Positions 38,175 through 50,773 of a DNA stretch of 64,000 nt are shown one piece after another. Position 1 is the stretch's first letter. Each line of letters starts with the position of its first letter. Below the pieces are notes generated by a model. It saw only the letters and a list, made by a program, of their open reading frames with translations. It did not search any database and was not told the origin of the DNA. The stretch is taken from NCBI GenBank assembly GCA_965240325.2, contig OZ251240.1, positions 992,001 through 1,056,000 of the forward strand. The letters are read 5' to 3'. The DNA comes from Rebecca billardiae RCC1528. Lineage: Eukaryota > Protista > Haptophyta. The position numbers were made by a program, and so were the translations under genes.

Positions 38175-38810
38175 TGCGTTGGACGACGACGGCGCCAACG
38201 CGCTCGCCGGCCTGTCCGCGCCGCTCTTCGTGCCCGGCATTGAGGACGAGTCGAGCGACGAGGAGGGGCTTGCGCCACGCGCGATGGCCGCTGATGACGC
38301 CGACGCCGACGCCGATGCCGGCGCTTCGCCACCGGTCGACTCAGCTGCGGAGGAGGATGAGCCCATGCCGTGCGCGCCGGCGCCCGCGCCGAGTGCCGCG
38401 GAGCAGGTGCCGGCGCCGGTGCTGCCGCCGACTCCCGCGGCCGCGCCGCCGGCGCCGCCCGAGCCGGAGGTGGAGGACCTTGACGACGAGGAGGAGGAGG
38501 AAGAGGAGGAGCTCGTGCTCGTCGGCGCGGGCGCCGCCGTGCATGCCATCCCAGACCAAGCTCCAGAGGGCTCGCCCGCCGCCGAGGCGACGACAGCAGC
38601 GGACGCGGTAGCGGCGCCCGCGCTGCGGCGCATTCGGAAGCGCGCGGTTGCGGAGGAGGAGGAGGAGGAGTTGGCGGTGGAGGAGCAGAAGGGCGACGCT
38701 CGTGGCCGTCGGCCGGCCGCCCAGATGGGCGCCGCCGCCACCGACGCGACAGCCGCGGTTGCTCCCGCGCCCCAGCCGCCGCCCAAACGCCCGCGCCGCG
38801 TCGTGGACGA

Positions 38811-38849
<39 letters not shown>

Positions 38850-39303
38850 TGATGGCGCCGCCACAGCGGGCGCGCGCGCTGCCGGGTGCGCGCCGCGCGG
38901 CGCCGCGCGCCGTGTTCGCGCGCACGCGCGAAAACGCGGCTCACCCCGCCTCTCGCGCCCGCGCCACCTGCCTGCGCGGCGCAGGCGCAGCTCGCCCTCG
39001 GAAGATGGCGGCACACGCGAGCGCAGCAGCGTGGCACAGGAGGCGCAGGCCGTGCCGCCCGCAGCCGCGCAGGTGGCTCCACAGAAGCGGGTGCGCGGCG
39101 CGCGCGGCTGCTCGCGCGGCGCCGGGGCGTCCGGTGCCACCGGGCGCGCCTCGGCTGAGAGCGCGCGCGCGCGCGCACGCGCCGCCGCTCCCGCGTGTGC
39201 GCAGAGCACGGTGCCGATCGTGGATGACGACGACGACGACGACGATGACGATGACGACGACGACGCAGAGATGGATGCTCTGCTGGCGGGGCTCAACAAC
39301 TGA
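35287..39303 (+). CDS. Timeless/Tof1 family replication-fork protection protein; probable in-frame introns 38886-38984 and 39091-39204; alternative ATG at 35206
   Basis: YYPGEECMACLQDLQRYLRRD, LLVKLTMP, IELVLTLFRNLL, VRHGNFGG, EALFWK, Myb-like WSAEEDAVL. Confidence 0.85.
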
Positions 39304-39873
39304 CGAGCTCCGCAAGGTCTCGCCCTGGCCCTGCTGGGCCACGGCTGGGCGCGCTACTGCTGCTGCTGCTGCCGCTGGCCGATGCCTGCCGCACGTGCGT
39401 GGCAGCGGCGGGCGCACCTCGGCGCAGAGCCAAGCCGGGCTGCGCACGCGTCGCACGCGTCGCGCGATGGCCCATCTGCGTCGCGCGCGGTGCGCGACTG
39501 CTGCGCCATAATGCTGCTGGGGCCGCTGCCTGCCCGGCGTGCGTCTCGCGTCGTCGCTCATCGGCATCGCCGTTTGCGCGGCGTGGCGCGGTGACGCGAG
39601 CGCATCATTCTATATATTTATTGCTGGTAACAGTGTCAGCACTAAGCTGATACTCATCCGACGCTGCGCTGCGAGTGAGTGCGATATCGTCGATCGACGA
39701 TAGTTAGATCATCAGCCACGATCGACGAATCACGACGATGATGACAACGTTCACGTTGTAGTCTGAGTCGTCATCGGCTTGTCGATCGCCCTGATGAGTG
39801 ATGGCTGATGGGCTGACGGCCTAGCTGTAATGCGCGGAGCCTGTAGTCTGTAGACAGACTGGGTCTGGTATTA

Positions 39874-39910
<37 letters not shown>

Positions 39911-40227
39911 TATAGACTATAGTAACACTCACTACACTCAGACGACAGAGACCTGCATGTAGAGTGATGTAGTCGGGATCATCATAGGCGGACGACTCAT
40001 ATATATGGCAAGCTAGGCCGGGGGCGGCGGGGGCGGCGGCGGGGTCCTTAGCAGCACGACCCCTCAGCATTGGACGAACTCGAGCGCACAGCCTCGGCGG
40101 GCGTGCATGCTGAAGCAGTGCAGCACAGCGGCGCGCGGTCTGAGTCCGCGACCGGGCGGCCTCGGCCTGCCTACCTCCCCTGGCTGCGGCCGCGCCGGCG
40201 CCGAGCAGCGCGGCCTGCCGCGCGCTC

Positions 40228-41565
40228 TCAGCGCCCCTCGGCCCGCTCGAGCTGCCCCGCCTCCGCCATCCCGAGCGCCGCGCGCAGGAATCCGTCCCGC
40301 CTCAGCAGCTCGACGTAATGCGCGCACGCCGCTGGGTCATCGCCAAAGAATCCCATGTGCCCGCCAGCAATCTCGACCGAGCGCTGCGCGACGAGCTCGT
40401 CGGCGGCGGCGGCGCCCTTGGGCGCGTACCGCGCGCTCAGGATGCGCCGCGCCGCGTCGGGGTGCATCATCTCGTCGTCGCGCGCGCGGATCACGAAGAC
40501 CTCGCCCTGGATGGAGCGCGCCTTGTGCACATTGTCGAACAGGTCCGTCTTGGCGCAGCCGGCGCCGTCGCCGCCGAGGCCGCGCTTGAAGCACATGCGC
40601 ACGAGCATGAAGGAGGCGGTGCTCGCGAGCGGCGGCGCGATGCACACGCGCGCGGCGGGAACCACGCACGCCCACCGCTTCGCCGTCAGCCACTTGCTCA
40701 CCAGCCCGTCCACCACCTGCTGCGCCATGTTGCGCGTCACCTCCTTGAGCGTGCAGAAGGGCTGGTCGAGCGTCAGGCGCACGCCCGGGTGGTTGAGCGC
40801 GACGGCGGCGCCGACGGCGCCGCCGATCGAGACGCCGTGCACGAGGACGCGCTCGCTGGCGAGGCCGCGCTCGCTCGTCAGGTACGCGAACGCCGCCTCG
40901 CCGTCCAGGTACGCCGTCAGCTCGGTCGGCACCAGCACAGGCGCGGCGTCGGCAGAGGCGGCGGCGCCTGAGCCTGAGTGAGCGCCCGCCGCCGCCGGGC
41001 CGCCGGCCATGAGCGGCGTGGTGACCGAGGGGTTGGCGGTGGGGTTGGGCTCGGCGGCGCTGACGCTCGCGCCGTGCGCCGGCTTCCGCCCCTCGCCGCC
41101 CTTGCCACCGCCGCCGCCCGCCGCCACCTTGGACGCCTTGGCAGCCGCGAGCTGCGCGTGCGGCGGGTTCGCCGGGTCAGGGTACGACCAGAGGTTGACG
41201 AGGAGGACGGGGACGCGGAGGCGGTGGAGGTACCACTCGGCGTACTCGAGCAGGTCGTCGAGCACCATCGCGTTCGCGCCGAGCAGCAGCACGCCCGCGT
41301 CCTCCTGCGACGCCTCCTGCGGCTCCGCCCACACGGCGGTGATCACACGCTGGTCGCGAGTCACCAGCCGCACCTGCACGCCGCGCAGCCGGCGGAGGAC
41401 GCGCTGGCGCTGCACGGCGTGGTGCGGGCGGGTGGTGCCGCCAAGCGGGAAGAAGAACATGTTGCGCAGCTTCGGCCAGTCCTGGCTGATGATGTGCTGC
41501 ACGATGCCCCACACGCCGACGCTCAGCGGAACGCCCACCATGAACGGAATGAGTGGGAGGGGCAT
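40228..41565 (-). CDS. Alpha/beta hydrolase (ABHD-like) with N-terminal membrane segment
   Basis: Nucleophile elbow VHGVSIGG, acid in RDDEMM, His in AGGHMGF. Confidence 0.8.
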   Translation of the reverse strand: MPLPLIPFMVGVPLSVGVWGIVQHIISQDWPKLRNMFFFPLGGTTRPHHAVQRQRVLRRLRGVQVRLVTRDQRVITAVWAEPQEASQEDAGVLLLGANAMVLDDLLEYAEWYLHRLRVPVLLVNLWSYPDPANPPHAQLAAAKASKVAAGGGGGKGGEGRKPAHGASVSAAEPNPTANPSVTTPLMAGGPAAAGAHSGSGAAASADAAPVLVPTELTAYLDGEAAFAYLTSERGLASERVLVHGVSIGGAVGAAVALNHPGVRLTLDQPFCTLKEVTRNMAQQVVDGLVSKWLTAKRWACVVPAARVCIAPPLASTASFMLVRMCFKRGLGGDGAGCAKTDLFDNVHKARSIQGEVFVIRARDDEMMHPDAARRILSARYAPKGAAAADELVAQRSVEIAGGHMGFFGDDPAACAHYVELLRRDGFLRAALGMAEAGQLERAEGR

Positions 41566-41835
41566 GGCGGCGCTGGGCGCCGGCCGCGGCTCTGGCGCGC
41601 GGACGCGGAGGGCCCGGCGCGTGCCCCAGCGGCCAACCGCGTCGACGACGGCGTGCGCTCGGCGATGGACGGCGCGCGCGTGCGTGCGAGCGCCCTGCTT
41701 GGGATCTGGGCGCACGGGGAAGCGGCGGCGGGCGCGCGCTTGCTCCAGCGCCCTCCACCACCGAGTCCGGCGAAGACCGGCAATCCGGCAGGGCGTGAGG
41801 AGCGCGGGCTGCGGTCGATCGCCGACGTCGGCGTG

Positions 41836-43780
41836 ATGGCGCGCGCGTCAATCGCTCTGCTCGCGTGCGCGTGCGCGGCGCTGGGCGGCAACCCGGCCTC
41901 GGCCGCGGGCAGCGGCGCCACCGGCGCCCCGCTGCCACGCGCGGTGACGCTCGTCGCGCCGGACCGCCAGCTGCCGCGCCCGGACTGGCCGGCGCTGCGC
42001 GCGCTCGAGCGCGAGCTCGATCATGAGCTGCGCGACGTGCAGCTCGACTCGTACACGCCGAGCGGGCTGACGTTGGTGCTGCGCGCGATCTCGCTGCTCC
42101 TCATCTTCGCGCCGGTCCTCTTCTTCGCGCCGCTCGCCGCCTTCTCCACGTGGTTCCGCGAGGCGCAGTGGTACGCGCTGCTCGCGCGTACGCTCGGCCG
42201 CGGCGGCATCGCCTTCATCAAGTGGGCGCAGTGGGCGTCGACGCGGACGGACATGCTGCCCGAGGCGCTGTGCCGCGAGCTCGGCGCGCTGCGCTACGGC
42301 GCGCCCACCCACTCGCGCGCGCACACCCGCCGCCTCGTCGAGCGTGCGCTCGGCGCGCCGCTCGCCGACGCGTTTGACCACTTCTGTGTCGACCCGATAG
42401 CGAGCGGCTCGGTGGCGCAGGTGCACGCGGCGGTGCTGCACGGGCTGCGCGTGGCAGTGAAGGTGCGGCACCCGCGCGTCGTCGAGCGCATCGCCACCGA
42501 CTTCATCCTGATGCAGGCCGCGTCCGCGCTGCTCGCGCGCCTCGGCCTTCTCCCCGGGTTCGATTTGGAAGAAACGGTTCGGCAGTTCTCGTCCGTGATT
42601 GGTGCGCAGACGCAGCTGCAGGTCGAGGCGCGCCACCTGCGGCAGTGCCGCGCCAACTTCGCGCGCTGGCGGGACTGCAGCTTCCCGCGCCCGCTGCTCG
42701 CGACGCCGGAGGTGCTCGTCGAGACCTTCGAGGAGGGCTGCCATGTCTCGGACTTCACAGATGTGGGGCACACGGGCGAGACGCAGCAGCCGCCGCAGCA
42801 GCCGCCGCAGCAGCCGCCGCAGCAGCCGCCGCAGCAGCCGCAGCAGCAGCCGGCCGCACCGGCGGCACCGCCGCGCCCGGAGGACTCGACCTCGAGCTCG
42901 CGCGAGCTCGCGCGCGCCTCGGCGCGGCCGCCGCTCACCGTGGCCGACTCGCACTTCATCGTGCGGCGCGGGGAGGATGTTTACCTGAAAATGCTCCTCG
43001 CCGATAATCTGATGCACGCGGATCTGCACCCGGGGAACATCCTGCTCAAGGCGTCGCGCGCGCGCACGCCGGACGGCGGGCCGGCGGGCGCGCCCACGCG
43101 CGCCGCGCCGCCCAAGATCGTGTTTGTCGACCTCGGGTGCGCGCGGCCCTGCGCGCGCGCAGCCGCCCTGCGCGTGCGTGTGCGCGCCCGCGCGATCGCG
43201 CGCCGTCGCGGCTCACGCGCACGCGCCACGCCGCGCCCCTGCGCGCGCCGCCTCGACGCACGCCCTCCGCGCCGGCCGACGCCTCCTCCCTGCCCGGCCG
43301 CACGAGGGCAGCATGGTGGCGGTGCTCAGCCGCGAGGAGCAGACCAATTATCTGGGGCTACTGCACGCGATGGGCGCGGGCGACGGGCGCGCGGCGGCGC
43401 GCTGCGTGCTGCGCTTCGCCTCGGAGCAGCCGCACGCGGACGGTCCGGGCTTCGAGCGCACGATGGCGGCGCTGTTCGACGAGCGCTGCCGGGGGTACGG
43501 CACCGCGGCGGACTTTGGCGCCGTCGTGCGCGGCGTGCTCGCCGCCGTGCGCAAGCACCGCGTCCGCGTCGAGCCCAACTACATGACGCTCATCATCAAC
43601 GCGATGTGCCTAGACGGCATGGCGCGCTCGCTGCAGCCGACATACAACGTGCTGGACGCCGCGCGCCCGCTGCTCAGGCTGCACGAGCGGCTGCCGCGGC
43701 CGCTGTTCGAGCTGCTGCTGCCGCTCGCGCGCGCGGCCAAGGCGCGGCGCGACAGGCGCCACCTGCGCAGCGCGGCGTGA
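41836..43780 (+). CDS. ABC1/ADCK (UbiB family) atypical kinase; intron 43137-43311
   Basis: FIKWAQWASTRTD, IASGSVAQVH, VAVKVRHP, MHADLHPGNIL, spliced VDLGMV. Confidence 0.92.
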
Positions 43781-44278
43781 TTGATGGCCAGCCGACGACA
43801 GCACGTCGTGGGCGGCGCCGCGGGGCGCTGCGTGGATCGCGGACTGCAGCCACCGCCGCTAACTCCCGCCAATCGGTGCCCGTGCCGTGGCAGACATCGA
43901 GCCCGCCGATTGGCTGCATGCCTTTGTCAGAGACAGAATCTAGCATCAGCGCAGTCTAGCACTCGTACCATCCTCCTCGGAGCCGTCGGAGCCCGCGCGC
44001 GGCGCGGTCGCTACTTGGCTCCCGTCGTCGCGGTAATTATTTGGCAAATAAAATATATTTTTGGCTGTCCTACGGTCCGCCTACCGCTACCGGACCCGGT
44101 CCTAGGCGGTACGCCCGCGGTACGCCGGTACGGCCACGGCCCACGGCCACGGGTGCCGTCCCGTGTCCCGCCCTGTGTCGATTCGAGCACTTGGCAGCAA
44201 GGCCGCATGATATACGCCATATACCTGAGACACTGCCCGCATACACCGCGCCATCCGCAGCGTGGCCCTGCTCGCTAA

Positions 44279-46888
44279 CTAGAAGTTGCGCGAGTACGTC
44301 TTGATCTCGGTCATGATGGTCGAGATGGTGATCATGTACTGCGCGAACGCCCCCCCGTCCGGGTGCAGCTGCTTGACGATGTCGAGGAAGCGCGTGTGGT
44401 AGAGCAGCAGCTGCGTGAGCGTCTGCTTGAGGATCTCCATCCCGTTCTTCAGGTTAGAGAACGACTTCATCACCTCGACGTTGATCGCCTCGATGCCCCC
44501 CTTCCAGTTCGCGTGGAAGTCCTTCACGATCTGCTCGAGCTGGCGGAACTCGTCGAGCTGCCGCACCGCGCCCACGCCGCCCTGCGCGAGCGGGCCCTCG
44601 GTCGACTTGACAAAGCGGATCAGCCGGCCAAACTGCGCGGAGAGCACCTCCTCGACAAAGATCGCCTTGTTCGCGTCGAGCAGCTCCTCGAAGGTGCGCA
44701 CGTCCTCGCCGGCGGCGCCGCGCTCGCGCATGATCGAGAGTATGACGTCGGCGTTGTTGATCAGGAACGTCGCCTGCTTCTTCCGCTGCTGCCTGAGCAC
44801 GCCGCCCAGCCGCTGCGTGAGGAGCGCGTGCATCGTGCTGCGCAGCGTGCTCGTCGACGAGAGCACGCGCTGCTCGGCCGCGCCGCTCGCGAGCAGGTGC
44901 AGCGACGCGGAGAGCTCGGCGTACCGGCGCGACACCGGCAGCGGGTGCACGTCGAGTGAGCTCGGCGGCGGGCTCGCCGTCTTGCCCAGCGAGTGCTGCT
45001 GGTGCTCCACGCACTCAAAGTAGCGCGCCCACACCAGCTCAGAGACCTTCTCGAAGAAGCCCTCGAGCTGGCCGCTCACGCCGCGCTGCGCGACGAGGTG
45101 CTCGTGCGCCGCGGCGATCTTGATCAGCAGCAGGCAGCAGATCGTGTCGTACGTTGTGCCCAGGAACGCCTGCGCGGTGCGGGCGCGCGCACCGCGCGAG
45201 CGCGTGCGCCGCGCCACGGCGCGCGCGCGCGACGGCTGAGCCGCGGTGCCGAGGGCGCGCATCCACCGGCTCGGCGCGCGCGCGGTGTGCCGCGCGGCGC
45301 ACCTCGAGGTGCTCGAGCAGGTAGAAGAGCGTCTTGCCGAAGATGTTCTTGAACGCGGGGTTGGTGCTGCCGAAGAAGTCGGAGCAAAACGCATGCTCCG
45401 AGCACACCTGCGCGCGCGACGCACACGACACGTGCGGCGCACGTTGACGCCCCGCGCACGCGGTGCGCACAAGCGGCACCCCGCCGCCAATCCCGCCCGC
45501 CGTCCCGCTCGCCACCCTGCGCCGTCCCGACCCACGCCCGGCTCCTCCACGCCACACGTGGCGATGGCGGAGGCGATGGCGGTGGCTGCCGTCTCCTCCG
45601 GAGCGAGGCCGGGGCCCTCGCCTCACGCCTCCCCGCGCCGCCGCGCCCCGCGCGCACGCACCGTGCCCGCACGAGCAGCGTGCAGGCGGAGGCACCCCGC
45701 GCCACGCCCCGCTCCTCCCCGCGCCCCCGCGCCCCGCGCGCACGCACCGTGTCCACGAGCAGCGTGCAGGTGGAGGCGAAGAGCTCCTCGTACAGTATCG
45801 TGCGGCCCTCGCGCTGCACGATGGCGGGGATGATGGGCGTGCAGGCGGAGACGTTGAGCACCTTGGCGCGCTCGCCGAGCTTGAACGCGCCCTCGCCCTT
45901 CACCGCGCCCTTGCCGAACAGCGACGCGCTCATCGACTCCGCCTCCTCGCCCACCACGTCCGCGCGCGTCGCGCACTCGACCCGAAGCCGCGAGAGGTCG
46001 GAGACGTGGGCGCGGAAGTAGCGCAGAAAGATGGCGGTCATCGTGGTGTTGTACGCCTCGAGGACCTCGGAGGCCTTGTCGGGGGCGTGCTCCGTGAGGA
46101 ACGCGTAGAACGTCTTGAACTTGAGCAGCACCGCCTGCTGCAGGATCTGGACGTTGGTCATCCGCTTGCGCAACGTGCCTGCTCGCCGTCCGCGCGTACG
46201 CGGCCGCTCGCGCGCGCGCGCGCCGGTCGGCACGGGCGCGACGCCGACCGGCGCGGGCGGGCCGCCGCTCGGGCGCGCGCGCACCGATCTTCTGCAGCAA
46301 GAAGTCGCGCATCCGCTGCGCCGCGCGCGCGCGTAGCCTCTCGATGTCGCCGTGGATGTCCCTGTACGCCATCGTGCGCTGCGCAGACTCTTGCCGTGCG
46401 AAGCGGACCTTGGCGTTGAGCTCGGTGACGTACTCGATGTACGCCTCGTTCACGTCGGCGACGCAGATGTTGGTCACGAGCTGCGGCGGGATCACCGCCT
46501 GCGTGACGAACTCGGAGAGCTGCCCCTCAACCGCCTTGCGGTTGCGCAGCCGGATGTTCATCGAGATCGACTCGTCCTGCAGGTGCTTGATCTCGGCGGA
46601 GATATTGGCGAGATCGCCCTGGAAGCCGGAGAGCGTGGACTCCATGGTGTCCAGGATCGTGTCGCACTGCTTGATCTGCGTGTGCAGCGACGCGAGCTGC
46701 TCCGCCTCGGCGATGTAGTCGAGGATCGAATCGCACTCCACCTGCCGCAGCTCGTCGTCGACCTGCTTGGCATACTGGCGGAGGTCGACGCCCTTGGCGA
46801 GGGCGGCCTTCACCATGTCATCCTGCTCGAAGCTGCGCAGGTCGCTGTCGTTCAGCTCCTCGGTGAGGATCGCCTCATCCGTCGCCAT
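44279..46888 (-). CDS. VPS52: GARP complex subunit Vps52; exons 46285-46888, 45748-46178, 45303-45407, 44279-45169
   Basis: GVDLRQYAKQV, LHTQIKQCDTIL..LSGFQGDL, RRYAELSAS, FLINNAD, SFSNLKNGMEIL..LTQLLLYH. Confidence 0.92.
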
Positions 46889-48061
46889 GGCGATCGGCGG
46901 CGGGTGAGGATTTGTCGGCGCGTCGGCTTCGGGAGTCAAGCCGCCATTGCTACTGAGCCGCCTTGCTCGAGTCCTCGTCGGGTTGGCCGTTCCCGGACGG
47001 GCCCGGACCTCGATGGCGCCTCCAGCGGGCCCTGCGCTGAGCGTCTCCGCGGGTCGCGGAAACTCCAGCACGGCCCTCAGCATCGATACGGACGTTGAGC
47101 GTGGCCGATGGGCTTGAAGAGGGCCACACGCGCATGTCCACGGCGCGGATCTGCCGCCGCCTGCTTTTCCTCCGCCCGTGCAGCCCGCACGATCAAGCCG
47201 ACGGCTGATGGAAGTCTTTGCGCCGACTGCTTGCGCACGAGCGGGAGGTGCTGATGAGCCGCGAGGAAGGCGAAACGCGCTGCGCCCTGTGGGCGAACGC
47301 GCGCAGCACCAGCTGCGACCTTCCGTAGGCTACGAAGGGCTCTGACGCCGCAACAGCTCACTGACACACACACGGACCGTGATGCAAACGTTCAAAACAA
47401 GGCCACACGCCACTTGAGCCGGGTCCACGCGCGCGCTCCATGGTGGCGGCGGCTGATCAGCATAGCCGCCTGGCACTCCCCATACAGCCCGGCGCGCGTG
47501 CCGCTTGGGCGGCGGGTCAGGGCGCACGATGGCGGCTGCGGCCGTGGCGACAGGCGGGACGTGGTGACTGGTGATTCTGACGCGCCTCCGCCGCCATTCC
47601 TCCGCGCCATTCTCGCCAGCTTGGCCGGCGCGGGTGCCGGCCAGGTGCTCAGGCAGTGCGCTCGGGGGCCTCCACGGCCGCGCGCGAGCGAGTGACGGGT
47701 GTCGAGGTCTGCCCGGGCGGTGCGAGAGGGTTCATATTGGCCCACTACTGTAGTGCGCCTGACCACCCACGACGGGCCGTCGCGGTAGCTTACTTATTAC
47801 TTACTACGTCTACGAGCCAAATGCCAAATCCAAATTGGATACCCCGTGCGCAACGCTTGGCGCCCGGCGCCCGAGGGCCCGCCAAGCCCGGTGGGTCGCG
47901 TGCACTCCGCCGGGGACTGGGAGTGGAACGCAGGGGTGTTTAGTGTTATCCCAAGCGGGCTCGCGTCGAGCCCGCTCGGCCATTTCAGGCTAATAAGATC
48001 TATGCACATGGCCGCTGAGTAGTTCTGATATGTATCAATCATACTTGTGATCCAGTTTAAG

Positions 48062-49243
48062 TTACTCGCCCGAGACGAAGCTTGCCTCCGCCTTGCGCAG
48101 GTAGCGCGTGAGCAGCACCGACAAGTCCTGGCTGACGATGACGAGCACCACCGAGCGCACGAACGCGTCCACGTGCTCCAGCAGGTGCAGCCCGCGCGCG
48201 AGAGCCGCCGGCGCGCCCGGCGCGTCCAAAGCGTCGCGCAGGCGCTCAAAGATGCGGAGCTCTGCGAGGAGCGACGCGAGGAGCGCGACGTACTCGGCCG
48301 TGTCCGCGACGCGCGCGGTGTTCGTGCCGAGCATCGACGCGGTCCGCGCCATGTAGTGCCCGAGGCCCTTCATGCGCTCCGCCAGCCGGCTACTCTCCGC
48401 CTCTGCCGCGCCGGCCGTCGGCGCAGCGCCCCCGCCGCCGCCCGTGGCGGCTGCGCCGCCGCCCGCGGGCACGCCGCCGCCACTGGGCAGCACAGTCGCG
48501 TGCGAGGGCAGGCTGCGCGCGAGGTGGTCACGGATGGCGTCGATGGTCTCGCAGTACAGCCCCAGCTCGCGCAGCACGAGCTCCGCGTCGGGCTCGGGCA
48601 GCTCGAGCAGCGCGGCGAACGGCGCGGTCTGCGCCAGCAGCTCGGCAAATGCTGCGCACTTGACGGCGGGGGCGACAAGCCGCACGCCGCGCTGCGCCCA
48701 CACGGCGCGCGGGACGAAGACGCTGCCGTCCGCCGTGAGGTGGCCGCCGCCGAGCATCGACTGTCGAAATAGGCCGAGCAGCCAGTACGTTCGACGCCAC
48801 TCCTCGCTCGGCGCGGGCGCGGGCACGGCGGCGAGCTGCTGCGCGCTCGTCTCGCGCAGCGCCGTCCGAAGCAGCTCGGCGCCGTGGTGCGCCGGCTCGG
48901 CGGAGGTCGGCGGAGGGCGCAGCGCGAAGCGTGCGGCCTCAACTGGATCGCCGAGATCAATCCGGTCGATCTCGGCCGCCGCGAGCCCCGCCGCCGTCGC
49001 CACCGCGCGCGCGCGCTCCTGGTAAAGCACGGCATACTTGAGCAGCGAGGTTCGGCGCGAAGCGTCCGCCTCGACGGCGAGCTGCGTGCCGATGAGGGTG
49101 ACGCTGCGGCGGTAGCGCGACACGACGAGCCGGCGCGTCGCCTCGTCTGCGGACGACTTGTCCGCCTGGACCGCGAGCTGCGCAACGAGCACCGCCCGGT
49201 TCACCAAGCTCCCATGGCCCAGGCCGAGGCCGGGAGCCGCCAT
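48062..49243 (-). CDS. Hypothetical protein with MIT-like N-terminal three-helix domain
   Basis: [17 protein letters not shown]...L.KYA..Y.ERA pattern; conserved-looking [23 protein letters not shown] block. Confidence 0.65.
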   Translation of the reverse strand: MAAPGLGLGHGSLVNRAVLVAQLAVQADKSSADEATRRLVVSRYRRSVTLIGTQLAVEADASRRTSLLKYAVLYQERARAVATAAGLAAAEIDRIDLGDPVEAARFALRPPPTSAEPAHHGAELLRTALRETSAQQLAAVPAPAPSEEWRRTYWLLGLFRQSMLGGGHLTADGSVFVPRAVWAQRGVRLVAPAVKCAAFAELLAQTAPFAALLELPEPDAELVLRELGLYCETIDAIRDHLARSLPSHATVLPSGGGVPAGGGAAATGGGGGAAPTAGAAEAESSRLAERMKGLGHYMARTASMLGTNTARVADTAEYVALLASLLAELRIFERLRDALDAPGAPAALARGLHLLEHVDAFVRSVVLVIVSQDLSVLLTRYLRKAEASFVSGE

Positions 49244-49350
49244 TATTTTGTGCGGGAAGCCGCCGCTGCGGCGGACCGGCCGGGGCGGCGTGGCCGTCTC
49301 GCCGAGCGACCACGCGGCGACCCGCGTCACTTTCGAGAGCCGTCATCATC

Positions 49351-49734
49351 ATGGCGAGGGCCTCGCTCGCTCTTGCCGCCCTGCTGTGCTGCGCGGCGTC
49401 GGCGCTGGGCTTCCAGCCGCCCGTGGTCGGGCGGCCGGTCGCCACCATGCTCGCACGGCCCGTCGCCTGCGCGCGCGCGCCGCCGGTCGCGCGCTGCGCC
49501 GCCGCCATGATGGCAAAGGACGACGTGATCGAGGTCGACGGCCTCGTGACCGAGAAGCTCCCCAACGCCATGTTCCGGGTGGAGATCGCCAACACGGAGC
49601 AGGTGATCCTCGCACACATCTCGGGCAAGATCCGGAAAAACTACATCAAAGTGCTCGTCGGCGACAAGGTGAAGGTCGAGCTCAGCCCCTACGATCTGAC
49701 CAAAGGGCGGATCACCTTCCGCTCACGCAAGTGA
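49351..49734 (+). CDS. infA: Plastid-targeted translation initiation factor IF-1
   Basis: Signal peptide and transit peptide (ASALG-FQPP), then [57 protein letters not shown]. Confidence 0.96.
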   Translation: MARASLALAALLCCAASALGFQPPVVGRPVATMLARPVACARAPPVARCAAAMMAKDDVIEVDGLVTEKLPNAMFRVEIANTEQVILAHISGKIRKNYIKVLVGDKVKVELSPYDLTKGRITFRSRK

Positions 49735-50773
49735 GCGCCTCAGATCCAGCGCCCTGCCTGCGGCCCTGCGCCAGCCCGGGGCATGAACATGTGCACTCGA
49801 GGCGGTCCGATGTGCGGCGTGCAGGTGCTCTCGCCGTCCTCGCGCCATCAGCAGCGGGCTGCGCGCCGAATGCGGTGCCATGGGCCTGCGGCACCATCCA
49901 TATCCAATCAGTCAGACGCACCGCCGTCGCAGGCGCACGCGCCCTGGGCCGAGTGCACTGCCCTCAAGAGCGCCTGCGTGACTGTGCCGGACCTGAGGAG
50001 CCTACTCGGTCGCGGCGCGATCCGCGGGACGAGGTGCGTCTCTCGAAGCCGCACCGGGCAGGGGCAGCGGCTCGTCCCGACGTCCGCAGTGACCCGGACC
50101 GCCGGCCGGCCGGCGGCGCCATTCCGCATTCGGACCACTCCCAGCGGCACTCGAAGCTTGCCAGTTTAAGGCGCAGCGACGCTGTATCGGCTGTATGATA
50201 CATACAGTACTCAGTAGTAGCAGTGTATCCCGGCTCAGAGTAGTATACCGTGCCATCCGCGTCTCATCATGATCATATGATTGATGATGGCGCGGCGCCA
50301 TTATATTGTAGCTTAAAACGCATATCGATCTCGTCGTCTGCTAGCTGATTTTTTTATAATTACTCATCGTCACCGTGACTCACACGGCCGGAATTCTCGT
50401 TTATTATTCTCAGTCTGACTCGGCGGTGATGAGTCTGTCGCGGTGATGAGACTGACTCTAGTGAGGGCCGATCCGCCGCCCAACTGCATCCGGGCCATCC
50501 GGCCATCGCCGGGCCCGGGCTGCACTGTCGCATAACTTGCTGTCAGTACTTAACCGGACCGCAACCGCCATTATTGAACTTATTGAAGGCGTGAATGAAC
50601 CTCCGCTGTCCACAGGCGTCAACCGGCGCCCGCCGGTACGGTCGGGCGTGACGCCGTAACGGCGAGTTACAACGCGCCGTTCGAGGCGTCCGACATGCGG
50701 GATGCGGCCGCCGCCCGGCGCGGCCGCTCCTGCATCAGCGCCTCTGCCTAGCCCTCACACTCTGAGACACTGC

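Noticed and set aside
47080-48050. Short ORFs between VPS52 and the MIT gene (also 8700-9300 and 56200-57450)
   Set aside because: They show no motifs or consistent codon bias and are treated as intergenic or UTR.
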